A DNA stretch of 64,000 bases. It comes from Lingula anatina. Lineage: Eukaryota > Animalia > Brachiopoda. The notes beneath the pieces are model-generated. The model searched no databases. It worked only from the letters and a program-made list of their open reading frames with translations, and was not told the DNA's origin. The translations under genes and the position numbers were made by a program. This document shows positions 1 through 13,076 of this stretch, in pieces (position 1 is the stretch's first letter; the number at the start of each line of letters is the position of its first letter). The stretch is taken from contig CM120646.1 in NCBI GenBank assembly GCA_051362555.1, positions 23,560,001 to 23,624,000 on the forward strand, written 5' to 3'.

Positions 1-1265
1 ATTTAGTCAAAACACCTTTTCTAAAACATTGCAACGAGATTTGAAAAATATTTGACAGCAATTTTAATAGAATTTTTATGCTAGAAACATCAAGTGTCGT
101 AATAAAAACTCCTCTCTGTAAACAATTCAACTCGTGGTACTGTTGAGACGTAGGTGACAGGGTCCAAAAATCATTAAAAATTACATTTTCGTGGTGCTCT
201 TTCTCTAGTTCATATCGGGCGATCTTAAACTTATGTTAAACGATAATTCCTGCATTAACAACTGATTAAAACTGAAACAAACTTCGCAAAAATATTTTAA
301 GTAATTTAATAGTGTTTTAAATAAATTGGTGGATTGTGCTGCATTTGGTGTCATGTTTTCAATTCGGAGCAAAACGTTCGTGATTTCCTTGGACACAAGT
401 GTCAATAATGCCAACCACATGCGTCTCTTACACACTTGAAGATTGAGAGCTTAAATGCAATGGTAAGCCACCTGTCTTAACTGCCATCTTAGCATCCTCA
501 TGATCAGAATACTTGAATCTAAATGCTTGATACCATGGTTAACATAGCGAGATCATTCCAACAGGGACGATAATGACTATAAAGATAAACCCAGAGACCA
601 GATAAAATCACATATGCTACACATTTGCTGTACAATTATTTTAAGAAACTATCAAAACAATTTTTACACTTTTTTTTTTGCTTTAAACGAAATAAATGTG
701 TACTCTGGACTAACAACTGTCATGCATCTTTATGGTCGGTCATTTAAACCGCCAGCAATTCATTTGAATTGGTATAAAGCATGGATTTACGTGCAGAGTT
801 GGATCAGCCAATATGAGTACGAGGAATATGATTTTTATTTTGTCGAGCAAAATTCGATTTGGAGTGACAATCCTGGAAAAGACATGTACACTTTACACCT
901 CTCCTGTTCATACTGTAATATCATATTTTTCCACCGACATCACATAATTAAGCCATTTTGTACTTCGATGTCTTTCGTTCTTTTTCCCGTTTTCTGTTTT
1001 AACAAACTGTGAGACAGTTGACCTTTGTATATGCTAAGTATGTTCTGTTTCTTTTTGTATCAACAATGTTAAAAATATCGGAACTAGCATTTCAATACAT
1101 TCATGAGAAGCGTTTTAAAAGATATTTCAATACTCGATGTTCATATGCCACACATTCTAATTATACATGTATATCCCATGTATACATGTAGATTTAATAC
1201 AGATAAAATTCAACTTTTGGTTTTTATCAGGGTCCTTTTAACTGATAGAATATAGAATGACTTAC

Positions 1266-1592
1266 CAGACAAGATGGTGTGCGGTTGCGTGCCTCCAGAT
1301 AAGAACAATTTGGGTCACTCAACAGAAATCCATCCGGAACTTCAGAACAAGACAGGGCACAAGTCTCTGTGTTACCGCAGTAATATGCAGCTCGACACCC
1401 GCCGTGTTCTAGGCAGCGCACTCCACAGTGGTTTTTAGACACAGAATATGCAGTTTGAAAAATGAAATCTGCATTAAATCTCGTCTGCGGTTGGACCCGA
1501 AACCTTAAAGATGAAGAATTCGATGCGCCAAACCACATCATAAGTAGAGCAAATTCTAACAAAAGGACAGACACATATATCACCGTTGCCAT
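1266..1592 (-). CDS. Exon 1 (signal peptide + PAN/Apple domain) of a paralog of the PAN-EGF-C-type lectin gene; remaining exons lie left of the window
   Basis: ORF MATVIYVSVLLLEFALLMMWFG... has a hydrophobic leader, then a PAN-type Cys pattern (HCGVRCLEHGGCRAAYYCGNTETCALS). It ends at the donor CTG|gtaagt at 1266. It is highly similar to 29876-30199, as are its flanks. Confidence 0.8.
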
Positions 1593-1785
1593 CTTCAGAT
1601 TATAACCGCTCTTTGAATTTTGCAGTACCTTATACGTGAGCTATGTTCCCAGCATGCATTGTAACATCTAACCTGGCCTCTGTTTAACAAAAAAACTTAA
1701 CTCGGGTATTGATTAAACTGTTTTTGGTTTTGTTTATTTTTAACCTGGGCCTGCAGTCTGTAAGCTTTTTAAAAGAAAGTTGCTA

Positions 1786-1793
1786 TGACGTCA
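1786..1793. promoter_or_regulatory. Palindromic CRE-type site TGACGTCA upstream of the lectin paralog, conserved at 30433-30440
   Basis: Exact TGACGTCA about 200-240 bp upstream of the ATG in both paralogs. A TATAAG-like element lies on the - strand near 1629-1634 and 30241-30246. Function is inferred only. Confidence 0.35.
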
Positions 1794-2792
1794 TCAAATT
1801 GCTGATAATCATTAATGTAGAGGCGAGTATACATTGATGCTTTTCAAATAGCATTACCCAATGGACATTGATTTCCTGCACACAGTAAAAGCTCCGAGAC
1901 GTAAACAACACATTACTTTTATTTGACTTGATGGACCCACAGATACAGACACCATGCACTACAAAGGTGTGCGTTTGGGTTGATGCCATTGAATGTTTCA
2001 AATCATTAGTGTTTTGGTTGGCTTCACATTACGTCCTCAGTAAACGATTAATCTGAAACGTTCGCTTTTTGTGATTGTGATTTATGGCATTGCTGTTTGA
2101 AACGCCGCCTTAATCTGTACTTTGGCATTTACAAATATTAAAAATGTATACGGCACTTAGTAAAGTTTAAGCTATATACTTCTATTGCAATTTAAACGCA
2201 TCTTAATTGTGAGCTCATTGCTGTTTTAATTGATTGTCAAATTATATACATACCACGCGTCATCTACACTTATACATCATTTACGGGCGATTAAAAAACA
2301 AACCTTCTCAACGGTTCTCATCTATAATTTAACCAATTTCACTTACTGTCATATCTGACGAGAAAGCTTTTACTTAAGTCATGTTAAATTAAACAAACAA
2401 GTGCTTGTCAAAATATATGGTGCCACAATTCAGTTTTGGCCTGTGCTGTGATGCGATCTTTTGTGAACAAACACAAATAAAAATGAAGGTCTGCATATTC
2501 TTTTGAGAAAATCGATATTTCAAATAAAATCATACATACAGCAAGTACAGAGCTGAAAACTTCGTCACAACATTTCACCAACCCATGATCCATATTCATT
2601 TACCACTTAGCACGATACGACTTACAACGAGAAGACATAAATATGAGATAATTTTCTTATCAAAATTCAAAGGTAGGTGTAATGTGTTTTAAACAGTGCA
2701 AGCTTATGTAAAAAAAATAACCAAAATGGAGATCAGAATACATATCAAAGTTTTAGTTTCGTCTCCAGGTTGGGGATTTATATATATACTTA

Positions 2793-4003
2793 CAACATTG
2801 GTCAAAAAGGTTGTCCCACCTCCAATGTCATGTGCTTTTATTTACAAATGATCACCTCACAGGTGTAAATGTTATAAACAGTGCTTTTTATTTCAGATAC
2901 AATATTCATCATGGTTAATGGTTACGAAAATACAATATGGTGAAATGGTGAAAATATCCTCATTTTATACCATTTTTTCAAATTTATAACATGAACCCCC
3001 TCAAATCCGCCAGTCTAGTGAGTTGTCAAGATGAAGTCGGTAGCATCCCTGAAGTCACCTCTTCCAAATGGAGTGAGATATCTGTTGAGAATGTTACGTT
3101 AAAATGCCCCAGTAACGTTCTGTTCCAGAGGGAACAATGTACTAATACTATGGGCTTGGAATGATCTCCAAAAACGGACCGATCTGACACCGCAGGCGGT
3201 ATTATTCTTCACACACCCTTTCAAGAGGCATTCTGCAACCTGTCTACGGACCCTCATTTGACCACCTATGAGATACAAGAAATACCTTTATTCTTTCAGC
3301 AAAACCAGATTCCTACCATTGACGGTTGGCCAGGTTCCGGTGCTTCTGGGATTACCAAACGTACATTCTCAGCTGATTTCTCACTCCATCTGCAAGAGCT
3401 TACTTCAGTTTCCATCATGACAGCACGCTTGCTCACAGCTCTCGTCTGGCAAGTGGTCTGTTACAGAAACATATTGTTCTGAGGATGGGGCAACCATCTT
3501 TGAACCCTGATATTAACCCTACTGAGCACCTGTGGCGTGAATTGGGGTGTGCAATGCAGAGGAGAGGTAACCTCGTAATAACCTTGACCAACTCCTCAAC
3601 AGGAGTGTTACCCTTCTTAAAGGTTGTTACGCCGCCTACAGGAGATAATTGCAGTGGTTGGCACACTCGCTATTAAACACGTGGCATTTATTGAGCACAT
3701 ACTAATGCTAATTGTGTGTAAATTTGGTGAAATTTGGTGGCATCTTTTAAATTTAATGGACATTTCTTTACCTTTGTGGAAATCACAGTGAAACATTGCA
3801 TTTGAGGGGGTACATGTCATAAACTTGAAAAAGTAACATAAAATATGGATATCGTCACCACAAATTTGTATTTACTTAACCATTAATCATGTCAGATACG
3901 GTATATGGAATAAAATGCACTTTTTACGACAATTTGTGAGGTGATTATTTGTAAACAAAAGCACATGGAATGGGGGGTGGGACAACCTTTTTGACCAATG
4001 TTG
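2793..4003 (+). mobile_element. Decayed Tc1/mariner DNA transposon with long (~210 bp) TIRs
   Basis: Ends are TA|caacattggtcaaaaaggttgtcccacc ... ggtgggacaacctttttgaccaatgttg|TA. Internal remnant PSLNPDINPTEHLW resembles the Tc1 WPxxSPDLNPIEHLW motif, and the C-terminus GWHTRY* resembles GGHTRY. Confidence 0.9.
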
Positions 4004-4579
4004 TATATAAATCCTGGAAGTCACTTTCTCTTATCACCCATGTTATCTAATCCCGATGATCCTGATTTTTACTCATAGCCAAAGTCAACACACCTTGGTG
4101 TGATGAACATATCAGGTTTTCTTATAAAATATTAAAGAGGCGTTGGAATCAACTAAAATTTACATAAAACAATCTACCGTCCTAATATTATGTATGTGTG
4201 CATTTTTGCCATCTAACATAAGAAGATTAGATACAATTATAACGTCAGAAAATACAATAGAGGGAGTGTGATAATGATAGGGTCGCTAAACGATTTTGAC
4301 GGAATAAAGTGACTAGCCTAATCCTCTTGTCGCCTGGGTAGGCACGCCCCCTTAGAGTACTTATGTAAACAAAAGGTCTTCTATGGAGAACTATCTTTTT
4401 GTTCAACAGCTTCGCGCGTGCAGCGGATTATGTTTATACTGACACCATACAGATAACTGCAGTTAAATCTGTGAAAGCTGTTATTTTATTTATTCTGCTG
4501 TGTCGGACGTTTTGGGCCAGTCCAATGGTTCATTCACTCATTCTTTTCTGAAGATTGGTGATGCATATTTTGAGTGCTT

Positions 4580-5410
4580 CTGGCCATAGAAGGAGATATA
4601 GGTTGGATGAATACTAAGTATAAAAGATGGTTGCACCTTATAAGATTGTGGAACAGACTTTTGAGCATGAGTGACGATAGGATCACAAAACAAATTTTCA
4701 TTAGAGATTATGACTTGGCAAAAGAGGGTAACATTAATTGGTGTGTTCATGTCTCTCGAGTTTTAGCTGTTTGTGAAATGGAGCATTTGTTTATTGATTT
4801 AGTTTATTGTGATGTTGGCGTTATAAAGAACATATTATTTAAACTGCAGGAGAGAGCCTGGAAAGAAGCAGTATTAAAAAAACCAAAGTTAAGGGTCTAC
4901 AGAAAACTTAAGGAAAATTTATTTGTGGAAAATTATGTTAAGTACAATTTAAAAGCTGCGGAAAGATCGATCATGGCCCCGTTTTGATCAGGGGTTCTTC
5001 CATTACATGTAGAAACGGGCCGCTTTGTTAACAAAAAATTAGATGACAGACTATGTTTTCTTTGTAACACACAAAAAGTAGAAGATGAGTATCATTTTTT
5101 ATTTGATTGTCCAATTTATAAAGATTTAAGAAAAAAATGGTTTGAAAAAGTAAAAGTGGGTGATCTTATCTTTCATGACCTGGAAGTGGTTAAAGAGAGA
5201 CCTCAAGTGCTTTTTACAGATTTTCATAGAAGCACAGCGAGGTTTCTCTTTAACTGCTTTCAGGTCAGAAAGAAGCTCTATACAACTAATGTTTGGTAAC
5301 CGGTGACTCTGTAAGCCCATAGGGCTGGGCCGTTACTTATATATTCACATTATTGTATTATATTTGTATATATTCGGCATTGTCACAGAAATAAATCAAT
5401 TTAACTAACT
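4580..5410 (+). mobile_element. 5'-truncated non-LTR retrotransposon (LINE) 3' end
   Basis: ORF2 C-terminus: RLWNRLLSMSDDRITKQIF...KPKLRVY...LPLHVETGRF...RLCFLCNTQKVEDEYHFLFDCPIY (CCHC zinc knuckle). AATAAA and a short-repeat tail follow near 5390-5410. The element is absent at the paralogous site ~8290. Confidence 0.88.
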
Positions 5411-6638
5411 ATTAACCCTCCTTCTTACAAGAGAAAGGAAAAAAGGAGAGAAACAGAGACAGTGTCAAATAAAAAGGGTAAAGAGTAATATAATACATTA
5501 ATTAAAGGGACTCGCGGTGGAAGAAACGATAGACTGTTTTGCATCAAGGTATGCAATTATAATCCCACATGGCCCATTGCATATACGGCCGTACTTTAAA
5601 TACATTACTCATAGTTGTATTAAATTACATTATTTTGCTGAATAGTCATACATTTTAAAGTTGATCTTTCAGGAAATCGTTTTGTTTGAAATAACACAAA
5701 CGACAGAGGTAAAATCGCATATAAATTTATTTTGCAATAAATAACTTTATATTCAAGGTCCATCTACACTGATTGTGAGCTATTACAGAATGTATCGTTA
5801 AGTTAATATCTTAAATGTATATCTTTCACTATTTGCTTGTCATGGTTAGAGAATAAAAAAGTATATGATGGGGAGTTATTGACCACAAGTTTCATTTTCT
5901 TAATAAGCAACAAGAGTAGCAGCTGTCTTAAAGTTGGCAAAAGAGGGCACGTGACAGATAAAACAGTTTGGTTTGATGAGTTCATTACACGATGTAATTC
6001 AATGTTTCTACCACGAGCTAATCACCCAAAAGGCAATAGAACAAAAACAAATAATGTGTGATCAGTACGGAAAATTGAATATAATTTCTTGTGAGTTTGT
6101 ATGAAAAATAAGTCGTTGAATAAACGGTGACCTTTAGTGTTAATCTTCACGAAGCTTCCGCTTTCGCTCTTCATAAAATCGCAGCCCTCTGTTAGCTTGG
6201 TTCATCGCAGCAATGTAGTTTTTCCAGCATTCTGCAAGTCTGGTTGCGTACAATGCCTTCATCTAATGCCTTATCATAAATTAACTTTGTGACATGAAGT
6301 AATTAATAACATACGCCTGATGAAAAGGGCCTTTTCGTAACTAATACACGTGCACTGTCAGGCAGGTAAGTTGTTTAAAAAAACATCGTCGCCGTTCGTC
6401 GCCCCTACCTTCAGGAAGCTTATCCTCCGCTTGGATCACCGGCATTTTTTGTTATCTGACAAATTAGGGCAGATGTCAATTAACGTTTTAGCTATTAATT
6501 CTAAATTCACTAATATTTCGGACTAAACTCCATGTCAGATTCATAGCCATGACGCAATGCCACCAGAGTAACAGTTTAAATTTCTATACATTCTATTTCG
6601 TTTTAAGCCTGATGTTTTTTATTATCAGTTGAAAACTT

Positions 6639-7000
6639 TAATAATAATAATAATAATAATAATTTATTTTTCTATGGCGCATTCCATTAAAAATCTCAAT
6701 GCGCCTTACAACATTCACTTAAAAGAGCTAAATAACACAATACTTATATAAGAACACATTACAATTTTAAAGGACTAAGAACTAATTTAAAGAACCAATT
6801 ATTCATATTCTAAAATGATAAGAACCTAAAGTGACAACATTTAAAATTAATCATAAAATTACAGTACACCTTATTAAAAACTAAAATTAACTATATGATA
6901 GTTACTGATAGGCTATTCTAAAAATATGAGTTTTCAAAAGCTTTTTTAAAGTATCTATGTCACCTGCTGCTTGTATTTCAGAGGGTAAGGTGTTCCAAAC
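6639..7000 (-). mobile_element. CR1/L2-type LINE 3' terminal fragment
   Basis: The minus strand reads VWNTLPSEIQAAGDIDT/KKLLKTHIF (one frameshift), the typical CR1/L2 ORF2 end, followed by a 3' UTR and an (ATT)n tail at 6639-6663. Confidence 0.75.
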
Positions 7001-8373
7001 TTTTCCATGTTCAACTACGTAAACGTGCACGTACACTATTCTGGACTATTTTATTTTAGCCAACTACACAAACAAATAGCACTAACTGCCCCCCCCCCCC
7101 CCCCCCATTAAACAAACACACCCCTCCTTGCTTACATTTTGCCGTTTTTGCGTCACTCGTTATTGCACACACTGAAGATCTGAGGCACGTATGATACCAT
7201 TCATTGTATGATAATCTATGCTAGCCTTCACATTTTACAGACTAAATTCCTCAGACCTTACAACACTACCGGTCTCCTCGAAAATCTCCCCATCTAGGGA
7301 CATTCCCGGATTCAGAATAAAAATTCCCTGATTTATCAGACTTGAACACGTGGCGATAAAATGTTTCGCTAGATTTTGTTAACACTCAGCGAAATGCGCT
7401 TAGTGAAATGCGCTTATATTCCAGTTACCTATGGAGATAGGCAAGCGACGCGAATCCTTTTATTAACCCTTTATGAGTTTGGGTAAAAGTGTGAAAGACA
7501 GGCAACATTCTTGAGTCGCTGTTGATATTGTTCGCAATTAATATTGGAGTATACCTCCTTCGCCTACATGTAAACATCAGACAAGGCGTTGAGATCGATA
7601 AAAGTGGAGGTGAATCTGAAAAATTAGATGCGATTTTTGTGAAATGACTTATTAAGTGATGTGCATGTACCTAACATGTTTAAATTCTTAATTTTTATTA
7701 TTTGAAACATCTGTCATACACGGCCTCATATTTATATTTCTCTCAGGCCATACTCATTTTATTGTATAACATGGGACTCTAAAGCACAGGGCATTGCGAA
7801 AGTTTATTGGCTACAGAGACTTGTTTTCCTTCATGCAGTTTTATAGCTTGGATGAACTAGAAAGGCTTTACTTAGCTTTACTTAATTTACCGTACTAGTA
7901 TTAAGACTGTGTATATTTACCCCGTGGACCATTTGAAGATTACACTGCGATTAATGCGGTGGAAAATACAATAGAGGGGGTGTATAATGATAGGGTCGCT
8001 AAACGATTGTTGACGGCGTGTAGTAACTAGCCTAATCCTCTGGTCGCCTGGGTAGCCATGCCCCCTTAGAGTACTTATGTAAACAAACGGTCTCCCGTAA
8101 CGAACTATCCTTTTGTTCAACAGCTTCGCGCGTGCAGCTGGTTATGTATGTAGTGACACTATAGCTAACTGCATATAAATTTGTGCTACCTGTCATTTGA
8201 TTCATTCTGCTGTGTCGGATGTTGTGAATCAGGCCACTGGTTCGTTGACTTATTTTTTCCTGAAGATTGATGATGCAGATTTTGAGTGCTTAATTATTTA
8301 CCCTCCTTCTAACAAGAGAAACGGGAGGGAGAGAAAAAGAGAGAGTGTCAAATGAAATGGGTAATGAGTAATA

Positions 8374-10296
8374 GGGGAGAGCGGGGTTGGTTGGAACACT
8401 TTTCACCTTTTTTGCGATATCTCAGCAGTCAAAGCTTTGGGGACAAAAATAAAAACACTGATAGGGGATAATTATATGCCGCACTCATCTATGAAATAAA
8501 GCATCAAGTAGGTATTTTTATTTTAGAGTAATAAATACTCAAAGTTGCCTCTTAAAACGTTCCATCTCACCCCACCCGCGGGGTAAGTTGGAACAGTCAG
8601 TGGGGTGAGTTGGAACAAGAGGGCGAGTTGGAACGCTTGCATATAAATTCAAAGTATAATTCATTTTAAGAGTAGGTTTATCTATACTAATTTCCCAACA
8701 AGAAAGTATTACCTTGTATTCGTATCTCCATAGTTTATAAGTATTTTTTAGGTTTATAATTTGCTTTCAAATAGTCTTTTCGATATATAAACCATATCCA
8801 GTTACACTTCATTTCATAATGATAACAAAAGTGGTGTTGTTTAAGAGAAAAGAAATTGAATATCACATAACCTATCAACAACAGTATGTTAGACCTACAA
8901 ATGAAAACTGTATCTCTTTCAGCTAGACCTCAGAATCAAAATCGCAGTTCTGACATATGCACACTCGGTCACCCTTAATTAGTACAGTCTTCATGTGACC
9001 ACTTTAGACATACAATGCATTTAACCCATTTCTCTTTTGGTCGGCTGTTACTGAACGGCTCCCCACAAACTAGACATGGCCACTCTTCTAATGTTGACTC
9101 AGAATCGCTGATCATTTTTAATTTCCTTTTTCTTGATTTTCTCTATCGACTAGAAATATTTAACTGTTTTTTTTATTTTTGTTGCACTTGTCCTTTTTAA
9201 TTTTGTTGGGCTTGGTCTTTTCTTTTTCGAGTAGCTCTTTTTCAGGTGTGTCAGTTAGAACTGCACTGCATCGTTTTCTTCTTTTAATCTTTGGGCTGCG
9301 ACGGTGAGCCCAATTATTGCAGGACTTGAGCTGTTTTGGGGTTTTCTTAAGTGCGCTATAGTGTGCTGTAGCACCTCTTCCGGTGAGGGCAACTAAGATT
9401 TCAACTGAAACTTTGCCTAAGTTACGAGGTGAATGTTTGTCTTTTCTGGCGGATTTTGTACTCTCGTTCACTAAACATTAACAGCAACCCCCAATCCATT
9501 ACACAAAGCATTTAAAACAATATTGGCAGAATTAGTGTTGTATAGTTTATCCATAACGTAGGCTCTCAGCTAGAATATTTTCATTTTGCCGCGAAATACA
9601 GAGTAATAATCCACATTTTCTTCCACTTCTAACAGAAATTTATCGCAAAGAGTAACAGTTGGCATGCAGACCCCTTTCGACCAAACAGCTAGCAACTGCA
9701 TTTAACAAGCAGTGACCATCCCCCCTTGTATTTTCTACATTCCTGCATCTTGGATTTCGTCTCCAGTTGGAGTTGTACTGGGTTACTACATTACTACTCT
9801 CTTTAAAGTTGAAAATAAAACATTTAGAGAGATAAAAAAAAATGAAAAGCACCGTGCGGGGTGGGTTGGAACACTCCTGACAGTGTTCCAACTGGCCCCA
9901 TGTCAAATGTCCCGACCAACCCCCATGACGTCATGGCCTACTTATGACAATGTACTTCTTAAACACGTGGGAGGTGAATAAAAAAAACTACAGCTTTTTG
10001 AACATAAATGATAAAGGTGGTCCTAAGCGCTATGCACAATTTCAGTGATATAATCCTTATACTTTGGTTTACAGCACGATGAGAGTCAAAAATATGAAAA
10101 CTTACTTCGAGTAGCGAAAATGAGTTTTTTTCGCATAAAACTTTTACTGCATTTTCGAAACTTCCAAAAGTTTACCGGATGAATGGCCATACCAAGTGAC
10201 ATTTTTATTCTGAAGGAGCACATGATCGGTCTTGTGGTTTAAGAAATAAAGCCAATGTTCCAACTTACCCGCGTTCCAACCCACCCCGCTCTTCCC
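8374..10296 (-). mobile_element. Internally deleted pogo/Tigger-like DNA transposon with a C-terminal PHD-finger remnant
   Basis: Ends are TA|ggggagagcggggttggttggaac ... gttccaacccaccccgctcttccc|TA, with subterminal gttggaac repeats. The minus strand gives KRCSAVLTDTPEK and CLVCGEPFSNSRPKEKWVKCIVCLKWSHEDC..CQNC. The empty site is at ~5488. Confidence 0.88.
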
Positions 10297-11800
10297 TACA
10301 ATACATTAAATAAAGGGACTCGCGGTGGAAGAAACGATAGACTGTTTTGCATCAAGGTATGCCATTATAATCCGACATGGCCCATAACATGACTCATTGT
10401 TGTATGACTTATATTTGTGCCGACTTATATTTTACTCTCGTTCATTTCGTGAAACTATTTCCTTGAATACTGTATCTCCTGATTCTCCGATTCATAATAA
10501 ACACCCACTGATTAATCAGACTAGAACGCGTGGCGATAAAATGCGTCGCTAGATCTTGTAAACACTCAGCGAAATGCACCTAGTGACTATATTCAATGTG
10601 CCGTCACTTAATTGCTTTCTCGATTTCATTAATTGACGATATTAATTGCAGTAAACAAGGAAGAGGAAATGCTGAAGACAAAACAACGTCGGGTCTTTGC
10701 GTGACTTTCTCCCTAAACATTTTTTTTCATGTTGCTGTCAAAGAAAAAGGAGCCGAGTGCTGCTGCTGCTTTTGCAGGTAGACTTCCTCGTTTATCATTT
10801 AAATGCTCCCCTCCTCCAGCAGACCCAATTTGATGAATGTCATAGTAGTAGCTATAGTACACTGTATATCAGTTCAAGTTATGAAAGGTTTGAGCACAAA
10901 ACGATAATTTGAGGCTATTTTTTCATTCAAGACAAAATTAAGTATCTACGGTATGTGACAATAGGGACTTTACAAAGCTTAATTTGTCCTTAAATATATA
11001 TTCCAGTAGCATATGGATTTAGGCGAGCGACGTAATTGTAACCTCAACCTGAGTTTTTTTCAGGGGAGCGTGGGTAGACAGTTTACGTCAGGTGATTCGT
11101 TAAAGTCGAGGAGTGTTTCACTTTCCAATGTGTAAATCATATGTCATAAAAACACTATAAGAATTTTTTTTTTTTTTTTTTTTTTTTTTTTGTTACAGTC
11201 TGCAACATTTGTTCATTTATATAGCAGGGCGAAGTTAACGCCAGAGGTAAATAGTAACTAATACCGTATTCCTCCTCGTCCATTTATTTAAATCGTATCA
11301 AAACGTTTGATACACAATGTTCATTAATGTCATTTATTTGTTCGAAATAGCTCGGTTATGCCAGGATCAGTTTATGTTAACTGTTACTGAATTGGAAGAT
11401 AGGAGTCGTGAGCTGACCGTGCCTGAGCGTTTGTTTTTTGGTTTTAACATATACATCTTAAGTAACTGAATAAGCTGATAATTAGCATGGCATAAGGTGG
11501 GTTCTGCAAAAAAACGCCATAACAGGTTTCCTGTTCCCCCACCCTATTTCGAGACGAATGACAAAGCTACAAGTTTCCAGATTATAATCACTATATTTAC
11601 ATGGTATGAATGACTAGGAAAGTGCTGAGGGGGGAGGACGGTGGGCACGCATGATAAGAAAAGAAAGTAAATGGAGCCGTGGGTATAACACTAATCAAAT
11701 TGATCAATTTTTAGGAAGCCTTTAACTAACATTAACTTTCTATATGACAGGTTTCATAGGCGTTCATGTTGCAGTTCTATGGATTTGTCTTCAGTTCTAC

Positions 11801-11828
11801 CTAGGATCCAAAATATTTTGGATCCTAG
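11801..11828. repeat. Perfect 28-bp palindrome flanked by a 7-bp direct repeat (GTTCTAC)
   Basis: gttctac|ctaggatccaaaatattttggatcctag|gttctac. Confidence 0.8.
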
Positions 11829-13076
11829 GTTCTACACATAGCCTGGAGCCCCAGCAGGTCAAATCTGCCTGAGCTTCACACATCTAGCTATAATACAAAG
11901 TTAACACAAAAATTAACAAATGAGTGAATGTGTGAATACAACACATTCTTTATCACTTTTACAAGACAATGGAGGCGAGCAAGTGGAGTAATTACAATAT
12001 ACAATAAAAGGACATTAGTTTAGAAAGCTTACTTCGGGTCAGCCCTTTGCTTGTTCGAATGAAAGAGATAGATATCGCGCCGCGACTCCCTTTATTAAAC
12101 CTTCGTTTGTTTGTGTAAAAGTGTGAAAGACAGGCAACGGTCTTGAGTCGCTGTTGATATTGTTCGCGATTAATATTGAAGTATAACTCCTTCGCCTGCA
12201 TGTAAACGTGTTACTTTTCCTCATGTTCACTATATTTCTTTTAGGTGGTTGAAACAAGGCGATGAGATCGATAAAAGTAAAGGTTAATCTAAACAATTAG
12301 ATGCGATTTTTGTGAAATGACTTATTAAGTGATGTGCACGTACCTAGCATGTTTAAATTCTTGAATTTCTAATTTGTAAAATCTTTCATACACGGCCTCA
12401 TATTTGTATTACTCTCAGGCCATACTCTTCGATATTATTGTGTTACACGGGACTCCTGGAAACCTGAAGCACAGGGCATTGTGAAAGTTAATTCGCTACG
12501 GAGTCTTGTTATCCTTCATGCAGTTTTATAGCTGGGATGAACACTGCGAAGTAGAAACTGGCTTTACTTAGCTTTACTTAATATACGACAGTTGAAACAA
12601 AACCAGTCTGCAAGGCTTGCTTTGATTTGGCGTTAACCTTACACTGGTTTTAAAAGAACAAATATAAATACGTTGGATGGATTAAATCACCGACTTCGTT
12701 ATATTTTAACTAAATGTGTTAATTTGCACAGTAACACATATAATATTTATAAGTTGTCTGTCGTTCAGCACGCATTATAGGCGAGTAGCTAAACAGTGAC
12801 GATGATCAATCAAAGCACAATCTAGGCAAGTATTGTTTGCAAAATAGATCATGATGAATAAACCTACGCTTTAATAAATAATCACCACACGGTTCGGTTA
12901 TAGTCACTTGAAAGCTTTCGATCAAAGACGTTCAATGAAATCACAAATTATTTGACGATTAAAAAATGGACAGGTTCAAGGTGCAGTTATTGTTTCAGCT
13001 TTGATTTGGCGGATGATAGTAGCATCACGCCCTAGGTCTAAGCGAGTTGAATAGAAGCTTTTTATCCAAGCATCCT

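Larger units (their letters stand above)
1..2760. repeat. Segmental duplicate of ~28615-31970 (lectin intron 1, exon 1 and upstream region)
   Basis: Colinear near-identity, e.g. atttagtcaaaacaccttttctaaaacattgcaacgag at 1 and ~28615. The chance ORFs 614-1012 and 29221-29628 are also matching copies. Confidence 0.92.
4251..12582. repeat. Tandem local duplication: ~4251-7885 versus ~7965-12582
   Basis: Colinear anchors: aatacaatagaggg..tgatagggtcgctaaacga (4251/7965), aagggactcgcggtggaagaaacgatagac (~5505/~10314), aacactcagcgaaatgc (7381/10561), gctttacttagctttacttaat (~7865/~12561). Confidence 0.85.

Noticed and set aside
614-1012. 132-aa ORF conserved in the duplicate (29221-29628)
   Set aside because: It is antisense within lectin intron 1, spans a variable poly-T run and has no recognisable motif; the conservation is explained by recent duplication.
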